Assembly (NCBI GenBank): GCA_963836235.1
Contig: CAWIIP010000002.1
Span: 864,001-928,000, forward strand
Length of the DNA stretch: 64,000 nucleotides
Reading direction: 5' to 3'
Origin: an uncultured Pseudomonadota bacterium
GTDB lineage: Bacteria; Oederibacteriota; Muellerivitia; Muellerivitales; Muellerivitaceae
The position numbers and the translations under genes are program-made. The number at the start of each line of letters is the position of its first letter. Position 1 is the first letter of the stretch. A model generated the notes under the pieces. The model had not been told where the DNA came from. It saw only the letters and a program-made list of their open reading frames with translations, and did not search any database. This document shows positions 56,992-64,000 of the stretch, piece after piece.

Positions 56992-58674
56992 TCAATAAAG
57001 CTCCACGTTAGAAACATAAACATTGGCGGTATTGAAGGAAGCGGTCGCGCTGGCTCCCGTATAGAACGAGAGCCCGATTTGCTGGACGTTCGTGGCATCC
57101 GTTCCGGTAAAGGCCGGCGCGAAATTGACTTGGGTCCATGTACCGGCGCTCGATAAATTGACATAACCCCCATTGTAGTTGTCCGCATAACTGTTGGTAT
57201 TAACGAATAAACCCGCCCCTGGATAGCCGTTGGAAAAAACCGCGTCCGTTTTGATCCAGCCACGGAAACCCGTGACCCCCAAGGTCGTGAAATTGGCAGC
57301 GTTAGAACCCGTCCCCCAGGTGTACTGAATATTGTCCTGCTGGCCCGCGGCGGTGAATTGGATATTGTCGGTTACGCAATTGGCGCTGTTGTACCCCGGT
57401 GAGGATGAAGAGAGACCCGAAACCACCGGAGTCGGTCCGGTGGTAACCCCACTCAGGTAGTAATTGGAATAATCCGACCAGCCGGTCAAGGCCGTTGAGG
57501 AGCCAGAATCAAACCAGGTTCCGCCCGCAACAGGCGTCGGCGTCGCCGGTGTGTTACTGATCGTGACATCGTCGACATAAATGTGTCCGGTTGTAGCCGA
57601 GGTACCGGATTGCACCTGAACTCCAAGGCGTTCGACTTGCGCGGCATTTTCCCCCGAAGTGGCCCAATTAGGGGTGAAGGTTAATTGAGTCCAACTGCCC
57701 GCCGTCAAGTTGGTTCCGGCATTGTTCTCCCAGGTATATCCCGTTCCGCTCTCTGTAAAGAGTTGGGCGAAGCTTCCCGCACCCGCGATCACAGGGGCGT
57801 CCACATAGACCCAAAGGCTGATGGTTTGGCCGGAAAGATTCGCTGGGGAAGCGAAAAGAATATCGATATTGACCGTCCCGGTGCCAGAGAAGGGCGCGGT
57901 AGCTTCAAAAGCCCCTATTCCCGAGTGAACGGTGGTTGAGGAATAAGAATCCGTGACCCCTGAAAGGGAGCTATCGGCGGTTGACCAGCACTGCAAGCCA
58001 TAGTCAAAAGTGTAGCTCGACAGGAAAACCGCGCTTGAGCATGGCGCGGGTGTGTTAGTAGAGGTCAAAGTTGAGGTAACGGTGAAGGTGGGAGTGAATG
58101 TAGAAGTATTCCCGCTCCCATTGGTTGCGGTAGGAGTATTAGTGGCGGTTGACGTTAGTCCACCCGTATTGGTCGGCGTCGAAGTGGGGGTGGTCGTCGG
58201 GGTAAAACTGGGTGTCCCCGTGACCGAGTTTGTGGGCGTAAAGGTTTTTGAGACGGTATTGCTAGAGGTTGCGGAAGGGCTGTTGCTGGGAGTTAAAGTG
58301 GGTGTCGCCGTGGTCGTACTCGTGGCGTTATTGGTCGCGGTCGGGGTATTGCTGGCCGTGAACGTTGGACTGTTTGTGCTGGTGAAAGAAGGGGTGCTAG
58401 TCGTCGTTCTTGTATTGGTCGCGATTCCCGTTGAGGTCGGTGTGCTTGTGGCCGTAAGGGTAGGGCTGTTGGTAGGAGTAAAGGTAGCGGTAAATGTGAA
58501 GGTCGGAGTGAAGGGTGTTAGGGTTCCTGTCGGAGTCGAAGTCGCTGTGCTGGTCGTGACAATGATTACTGTTACGGGAGCAGGACTGGTGGGGTTATCT
58601 TTCCCAGGACATCCAATGTTTGAAAAAGCTATTCCAGCCAGAACCGAAAAAAGCCCAATAATGCGATATTTCAT
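56992..58674 (-). CDS. Thr-rich lipoprotein with two carbohydrate-binding-module-like domains
   Basis: Lipobox NIGC; two repeats with ANL.G.TISLWVYV..AG.WTQL.F..V..LG.....YVDDV jelly-roll pattern. Confidence 0.8.
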   Translation of the reverse strand: MKYRIIGLFSVLAGIAFSNIGCPGKDNPTSPAPVTVIIVTTSTATSTPTGTLTPFTPTFTFTATFTPTNSPTLTATSTPTSTGIATNTRTTTSTPSFTSTNSPTFTASNTPTATNNATSTTTATPTLTPSNSPSATSSNTVSKTFTPTNSVTGTPSFTPTTTPTSTPTNTGGLTSTATNTPTATNGSGNTSTFTPTFTVTSTLTSTNTPAPCSSAVFLSSYTFDYGLQCWSTADSSLSGVTDSYSSTTVHSGIGAFEATAPFSGTGTVNIDILFASPANLSGQTISLWVYVDAPVIAGAGSFAQLFTESGTGYTWENNAGTNLTAGSWTQLTFTPNWATSGENAAQVERLGVQVQSGTSATTGHIYVDDVTISNTPATPTPVAGGTWFDSGSSTALTGWSDYSNYYLSGVTTGPTPVVSGLSSSSPGYNSANCVTDNIQFTAAGQQDNIQYTWGTGSNAANFTTLGVTGFRGWIKTDAVFSNGYPGAGLFVNTNSYADNYNGGYVNLSSAGTWTQVNFAPAFTGTDATNVQQIGLSFYTGASATASFNTANVYVSNVELY

Positions 58675-59672
58675 AGAGTTCCCAAGTTAACGCCGAATTC
58701 CTCGATGATAACAGCGTGGGCCGGGCTGGTGGCCGTGGCATCCGTGATATAGGTGTCCCATTGGGATCCGCCCGCCGGGTATCCCTTGCTGGAATAAACA
58801 TGGGAGGAATAGAGGACGCCATTGCCCGAACCCGTATCGGTCAGGTCATTGGCGGGTAGCCCCGTCAAGTCGAAAGCCCAGTTAAGTCCGCCCGCCACCA
58901 CGATGTTATTGGCGCCCGCGTTGCGGACAGCGGTCAAGAGGGCCTGGAGGCCCGGAGTTGTGAAACCATTGGCCGCGCCACCGTCCCGCCAGATGGACCA
59001 GCTGACGTCGTGGGGCTCGTTATAGATGTCGAACATGACGGCGGGATTGTTGGCATAAGTGGAGGCCACCGAGGACCAGAAAGTGACGGCGTTCATGTCC
59101 GGCATATCTTGTTGGGCGGTAGCGCCACCCCATCCCGTTCCGCAAGGTGCTGTCGCGGTGCTTGAGGTTCCCGACCAATGGAGGTCCAAATCCAAATAGA
59201 CATTGTTCGCGGAGCAATAGTTGATGACCGCCTGGATTTCCGCCCGATAGGCGGTTTGATTGGGCGTCCCTCCTGAATTGGTACAGCCGAACCAAAAATC
59301 CTGGTTGATGGGGAACCGGACGCAGTTGGCGTGCCAAACGCTGACCGCCTCAGTGATGATCGAAACGTAATCCGTCATGGTGACGCCGCTAATAGTGGTC
59401 GTGGGACGGCCTGTGCCACCGTCACCCGTGGGGCTATATTCCATTCCGGAAACGTCCACACCCTTTAAGCGGACAGTACAACCGCCGCTGGCTGTAACAA
59501 TCTGGTTACCCGAGATTTTAAGTTGAGCGGAAGTCGCGTGAACTTCGGAAGGAACCACCACAAAAAAGAGGAAAACCGCAAGGGACAAAAAGGACACAAA
59601 AACAAATCGAGCGAAAAACGTTTTTAAGTTTTCGCATAAAGTGAATTTCTGGATTTTAAAGGACCCGTTCAT
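58671..59672 (-). pseudogene. GH5 cellulase-family glycoside hydrolase, C-terminally truncated
   Basis: LKGVD.SG.EY, VRFP, LDLHW, FDIYNEP (acid/base), SSHVY, IIEEFG (nucleophile); ends 6 codons later, lacking the last barrel strand. Confidence 0.8.
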
Positions 59673-59725
59673 GGTGTCCCCTTTTTGAGATGACTACTTT
59701 TCCAACCGGGTAAATTATTTGTAAA

Positions 59726-61429
59726 CCGGAATTTCCCAGATGACCTTCTCTGAAAACATTGCCGGGTAATTTGTTTCTCATTATATCGCCCCCCCCCCGC
59801 TTCTTCCATCCGAATCCGGAATTTTCCGTCCTGGGCCACTGAAATAAGCCCCAGGAAAAGGTTTCTGTGCCCAAAAAAGCTGAAATTGACCTTCTGGAAA
59901 GCCAATTCTCGTTGTGAGCGCACACCTATCCTGCGGTAGTCGCTCGGGTTGAAGCCTTGATGCCTTCCTGCGGTTATCGCAGTACTGGCGCTCGCGGCCT
60001 TACCATTGCCAGTAGCCGTATCCGATTGAGGATTTCAGCAAACAGGCGTCGGGAAACCATCACCTCCGCCATCTGGAAAATAACGTACCGCGAATGACGG
60101 ATGACATTAGCCCCGATCTTGATGAGTTTTTCCCTCAAGGTCGTTAGCGACCAATGTTTCACCAGTTCTGGCAGTGCCAGTCGGCGCAGGAAGTTGCCCA
60201 GATTGTAGGCCAGGGCGAATAGTTGTAAGCGCACTTGGTTGTCCGCGAAGTCGTGGCAGCTTAGTCTTGTCCACTTCATCGCATACTTTCCCTCTTTGAT
60301 CCACTGCTCAGCCGTGCCTCTTCCGTTGTAGAATTTCACCACCTGGGGTGCCGGTCGTCGCATGTTCGTTACGATGAAACCCACCTTTGGGAACAATTCC
60401 CCGTTGTGATGTTCGATCTTCGCCACCACGCGGCGGGGTTTGTCCCAGCTGACGGCTTGGTATTGGAAGCTGTGAAACCGGACAACCGGCTTGTGGGAGG
60501 GGCGGCCCACGGGACGGGTTAAAAATGGCTCGATTTCCCGTTGGAGTATGGCATTGGCAGGTTGGCGGATCGCGTAAAGATATCCTTCGTCTTCTAGGTA
60601 TTCGTATAGTTCCTGACGGGCGAAAGCCGCGTCACCCCGGAAAAACCGGCTGATGGAAAGACCCCGGTAGCGGGCAACTACCGGTTCAAGAACCGAACGC
60701 CATTCGTGGGCACTGGCCACATTGCCGTTGCGCAACATAGCCCGTTCCAAATCGCCGAACTGGTTGAAGCAAAACAGGGGATGGTAACAGGTACAGCCAA
60801 AGTAACCGTTGTACAAGGAACCTTCCTGATCCCCGTAGGTCTCGCTCACTGAGCTATCCATGTCGAGGATGATCTGTTGTATGGGCTTTTTCTCATGGAC
60901 TCCATCGATCCATTGGCCCGATAAGTCAATTAAGCCGGTCAAATTCTTCGACTGGGTGAGGACCTCCGTCTCGAAACGACCCATCTGGCTGGTGGAGGCG
61001 GCCTGTTTTTCCCTGGCCCGTCCTCCGATCACATGCCGCATCGCAGGATCGACACTCAGGCGTTCTGCGTCGTTGGTATCCTCATAACCGGCCAAGCGGC
61101 TGAATACCGACTGGCGAAGAAGCGCCGTCATCGTGTGTTGCGTATTCTTACCGGTCCGCCGATCCCAAAGGATGTTTTCTGTTCTGTCAGTCAAACCAAA
61201 AGCTTCGTCGAGTTCGCGATAGGGAATCAACCCGCCATCGGAAGTGACCTTCGCACCATGGAACTCCAACTTGAGGCCAGGATCAAAAACCACCCGAAGA
61301 GCGTCTTTTCCGCCTTCACCCATTGCATTTCCCCCTCTCATGTTCCCCAACACGAAGAAAAACCTTTGTTTATATGGCCAAACGTTGTCTTATTATACTC
61401 GAAAGGAAATTCCATCTGGGAAATCCGGG
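59726..61429 (-). mobile_element. IS1380 family insertion sequence
   Basis: TIRs CCGGAATTTCCCAGATG (59726) and CCCGGATTTCCCAGATG (reverse complement ending 61429); no matching TSD. Confidence 0.92.
59974..61353 (-). CDS. IS1380 family transposase
   Basis: TSDGGL, GYED.NDA, LDMDSS, YHPL, RGDAAF, YN.RG.AE.WIKEGK, N.VRLQL..LAYNL. Confidence 0.96.
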   Translation of the reverse strand: MLGNMRGGNAMGEGGKDALRVVFDPGLKLEFHGAKVTSDGGLIPYRELDEAFGLTDRTENILWDRRTGKNTQHTMTALLRQSVFSRLAGYEDTNDAERLSVDPAMRHVIGGRAREKQAASTSQMGRFETEVLTQSKNLTGLIDLSGQWIDGVHEKKPIQQIILDMDSSVSETYGDQEGSLYNGYFGCTCYHPLFCFNQFGDLERAMLRNGNVASAHEWRSVLEPVVARYRGLSISRFFRGDAAFARQELYEYLEDEGYLYAIRQPANAILQREIEPFLTRPVGRPSHKPVVRFHSFQYQAVSWDKPRRVVAKIEHHNGELFPKVGFIVTNMRRPAPQVVKFYNGRGTAEQWIKEGKYAMKWTRLSCHDFADNQVRLQLFALAYNLGNFLRRLALPELVKHWSLTTLREKLIKIGANVIRHSRYVIFQMAEVMVSRRLFAEILNRIRLLAMVRPRAPVLR

Positions 61430-61513
61430 ATTATGTCTTTGATCCAACGACTCTGATTTTCTCACTGTTGGATTGCTGGCCGGTTTCGGGCGGATCAAAA
61501 AATGCACTAGGCA

Positions 61514-62353
61514 TCATTCAACTTTATTCAAATCAGAATCTATCTCTTTTTTTCTTTCCCGTGACCGACCTTTATTTCTTTCCATTTTTAATTCTTTAAC
61601 TTCGTTGGTAAATATTTTTTTAAAATTGGAGGAGACATAAAGCAAATCATCCCCAAAAGGCGTTTCCTCCGAGCCCGTTGAATAACTTCTCAACAAGTAA
61701 ACTTCCGTTTTGCTCTTGAAAAATTTATAGGCTTTTTCGACATCCGTTCTATTGATCCCATTCTCCCAACTCAATTCTTTACAAAGCACAGGAGAACCGT
61801 ATTTTCGGGAAAGTGTTTGTTTGATGTTAAGAAAATCTGTAGATTCAATTTGGCTTTCAGCCATAACTAGTTTCGATTCATAGAAGATATAGTGAACTTC
61901 CTTATCAGAAATACTCTGAAATTTATTGGGGCAAAGCTCGCTATCAGGACTATGGGCCACTACGTTCGGATCAGTATCTTCCGGCACGCCCAATATTAAA
62001 TAAGTTAATCTGGAATCCCAATCACTACCAAGAATGTCCGGACTCTTAATTTCTATTTCTCCTGCGTTTGGATATTCCCCTTTTTCATCCCAGACCTTAA
62101 TTTTTCTCAACTCGACAAAATCATTAATTGATGTTCCCCAAGGAACTCCTTTGTAACCTTCGCCGGTTAATGCTTTACGTCCCATAGCTTGTTTACTAGG
62201 CGTATCCATTGGAATTGATGAAGCAATTGTGGGTGTATGAGTTTGAACAAAATCCGGGGATAAAACCTTTGTTGACGAGTCTTGGCCCATAACAACACCT
62301 TCAACCAAGAAGCCTACAAATACCAAGCTGATAAAAGCCTGAAGTCTATTCAT
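61514..62353 (-). CDS. Secreted hypothetical protein
   Basis: GAGGTG RBS; N-terminal hydrophobic signal; GYKGVPWGTS motif. Confidence 0.7.
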   Translation of the reverse strand: MNRLQAFISLVFVGFLVEGVVMGQDSSTKVLSPDFVQTHTPTIASSIPMDTPSKQAMGRKALTGEGYKGVPWGTSINDFVELRKIKVWDEKGEYPNAGEIEIKSPDILGSDWDSRLTYLILGVPEDTDPNVVAHSPDSELCPNKFQSISDKEVHYIFYESKLVMAESQIESTDFLNIKQTLSRKYGSPVLCKELSWENGINRTDVEKAYKFFKSKTEVYLLRSYSTGSEETPFGDDLLYVSSNFKKIFTNEVKELKMERNKGRSRERKKEIDSDLNKVE

Positions 62354-62402
62354 TTGGCACCTCTTTTAAGGCTTATAAAAGGGAAAAGCCTATTTCTATA
62401 TT

Positions 62403-62416
62403 CACACTATGGTGTG
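62403..62416. promoter_or_regulatory. Operator-like palindrome upstream of XRE gene
   Basis: CACAC-TATG-GTGTG about 40 bp before the ATG. Confidence 0.4.
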
Positions 62417-62452
62417 TGGTTAATAGCCTACCATCGGAATTTAATCGGGGGT

Positions 62453-62671
62453 ATGAAAAATGACATCGCTAAGAAATTTGGCTAAAATCTAAGGCGGTTG
62501 CGGAAGAAAAAGGGGCTCTCTCAAGAAGAGCTTGCTTTTAAATCTAATTCTCACCACAACTACATCAGTTTTTTAGAACGTGGTGAGCGAAATGCCACCG
62601 TTCCCAAGATCGTTCAGATCGCCAATGCCCTCGGTTGCAAGGCTTCCGATCTTTTTAAAGGGCTTCAATAG
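62453..62671 (+). pseudogene. XRE/C-protein-like HTH regulator with premature stop
   Basis: Own translation: [55 protein letters not shown]; TAA at 62483-62485. Confidence 0.85.
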
Positions 62672-62719
62672 TTCGATAGAATTAGACCTCTAACTTTCAT
62701 CTCGAAATCTGGGTATCTA

Positions 62720-63319
62720 ATGGAATCTGAAATTCGAAAGTATTCACCCGAAGCGTTTCAGGAGGAGCGAAAACTCTGGAGGGATTTTTTTAATAGCCCA
62801 AGAAAGCCAAAACAAGGAGTATGGCCAGAAACAGGCCCCAAAAAAGTAACCTTCCTTATTGAACCCGACCAAATCGAGCCAGATTCATCTTCATGGCCCC
62901 CACATGTCGATTTTAAAAAAGTCGATTTCAATCAACCTTTGACTGTTCAAAAAATATATCGGCCAATAAGCTCTGATGAAACAACCGATACAACCAAAAA
63001 GAAATTAGCACCATCAGATGATTTTCGCCGTTTCAAATATAAGGACGTTGAATTCCAATTCACTTACCAGCAATCCTTGATCGTCAAAGAATTGTGGGAG
63101 AATTTTGAAAAGGGAAATGAAGTAGGACTTTACTTTCGAACTGTCATCAAAACAGCCAATAAAAAGATTGCTGAACGGAATAAACTTCTGCCTTCCAACG
63201 AGCAACAGGAATCATCGATACCAGTCAAAAAGAAAATGCTCCAAATATTTGAAAATCACCCAAACTGGAAAAAACTGATTGAACAAGTAGGTCGTGGTTA
63301 TTACAAGTGGATCAAATAA
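62720..63319 (+). CDS. Hypothetical protein (possible C-terminal winged helix)
   Basis: 199-aa ORF; FQFTYQQSLIVKELWE...IF..HP.WK.LI...GRGYY. Confidence 0.6.
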   Translation: MESEIRKYSPEAFQEERKLWRDFFNSPRKPKQGVWPETGPKKVTFLIEPDQIEPDSSSWPPHVDFKKVDFNQPLTVQKIYRPISSDETTDTTKKKLAPSDDFRRFKYKDVEFQFTYQQSLIVKELWENFEKGNEVGLYFRTVIKTANKKIAERNKLLPSNEQQESSIPVKKKMLQIFENHPNWKKLIEQVGRGYYKWIK

Positions 63320-63476
63320 TGACTTTTTGATGTTCCTTCTACTTCTGGTCCCGACCCAAAATCGACCCTCTTTGACCTGATACATACCCCAACAGCTTCT
63401 AATATCGCCCTCAAACACTACCAACAAGGACTACATCCCTTTTAAGGGACGATCCTGTTGTTTAAGAGGTTTGAGA

Positions 63477-64000
63477 ATGGACACAAATCCCAGTATTCGA
63501 CGAAATTCTTTACCACGAGAAAACAATAATATTATGTCAGTTGGTAGAGAGCTGTATCAGCTCCCTGAGGATGGGGAGCGAAAAAATGGACTTATCCAGT
63601 GTGACCGACTGAGGATTGAACTACCGCTTGGAGCTGGAGTGGAGCTAAGGACGGAACTGGCAGAGGAACAATTTGGAATGCGGGGAGACGAGCAGGTTTG
63701 GCAACAAGGCATACTTGCTATTCCGCCCCATCTACATAAACAGGGTCTTATAACTGCAAAGACAAAGAAACAGACGATTGTTTTAGATATAAGCCCGAAA
63801 CTACTTCCTTCTTACCCCGATCTTTTTAACCGAACCAATATCCTCAGCATTCTTCAACCACTTTCAGAAGTTGTCGCTATTGAAGCTGAGGCTTTTCAAA
63901 ATACCGCTAGGCTACATTATCTGGAGCTTACGGAAGACATTGGACCCCTAAACAGGCCAAAGAAACACTACCTGGCCTCGTTTCAGACCCTTTGTAATCC
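63477..64000 (+). CDS. Probable phage/plasmid rolling-circle replication protein (gene II/X-like), runs off window end
   Basis: Own translation, open to 64000: ..CDRLRI..IVLDISPKLL..ARLHYLELTEDI..PKKHYLASF; AAGAGGT RBS; family assignment from motif recall. Confidence 0.5.
   Translation, partial: MDTNPSIRRNSLPRENNNIMSVGRELYQLPEDGERKNGLIQCDRLRIELPLGAGVELRTELAEEQFGMRGDEQVWQQGILAIPPHLHKQGLITAKTKKQTIVLDISPKLLPSYPDLFNRTNILSILQPLSEVVAIEAEAFQNTARLHYLELTEDIGPLNRPKKHYLASFQTLCN

Larger units (their letters stand above)
44504..64000. mobile_element. Decaying tRNA-integrated genomic island (continues past window end)
   Basis: Begins at tRNA 3' fragment; mostly AT-richer; three IS families, many pseudogenes, XRE and Rep-like genes. 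Confidence 0.75.

Noticed and set aside
58052-58690. Long Val/Gly-rich plus-strand ORFs (also 39371..39742, 40565..40888, 41808..42203)
   Set aside because: Antisense shadows of Thr/Pro-rich linkers on the minus strand
59920-59932. GCACACCTATCCT resembles part of the 38-bp repeat
   Set aside because: Short gapped match inside the IS1380 non-coding end; the rest of the repeat is absent

Overview
Bacterial (diderm) chromosomal window with two parts. (1) 1-~44.2 kb is GC-rich, host-like DNA. It carries a cytochrome P450, GrpB, GGCT, TPR-SpoIID/LytB, HU/IHF, ComEC, NHL and GH2 genes, an ECF sigma/ZAS anti-sigma/Spy-like/TolC/RND module with no adaptor gene, the core glmU-prs-rplY-pth operon, and a probable phosphate-scavenging cluster (OprO/P porin, Thr-rich lipoproteins, two phosphoesterases, Pho-box-like repeats). 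Several palindromic repeat families are scattered here, some inside signal-peptide coding regions. (2) From tRNA-Gln-like 3'-end fragments at 44.3-44.5 kb (probable att site) to the window end lies a mostly AT-richer, decaying genomic island. It holds IS21, IS256 and IS1380 elements, a nuclease-STAND ATPase (Avs-like) gene hit by two ISs, a Schlafen/AlbA_2 gene, Rhs and AAA-ATPase fragments, host-type GH5/CBM lipoprotein genes, a broken XRE controller and a probable rolling-circle Rep. The most unusual signal is an identical 38-bp sequence present three times in direct orientation (53796, 53901, 55265). Each copy sits at a breakpoint between unrelated, truncated gene fragments, and no cas or recombinase gene is visible in the window. 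All product calls come from motifs read by eye; no database searches were run.
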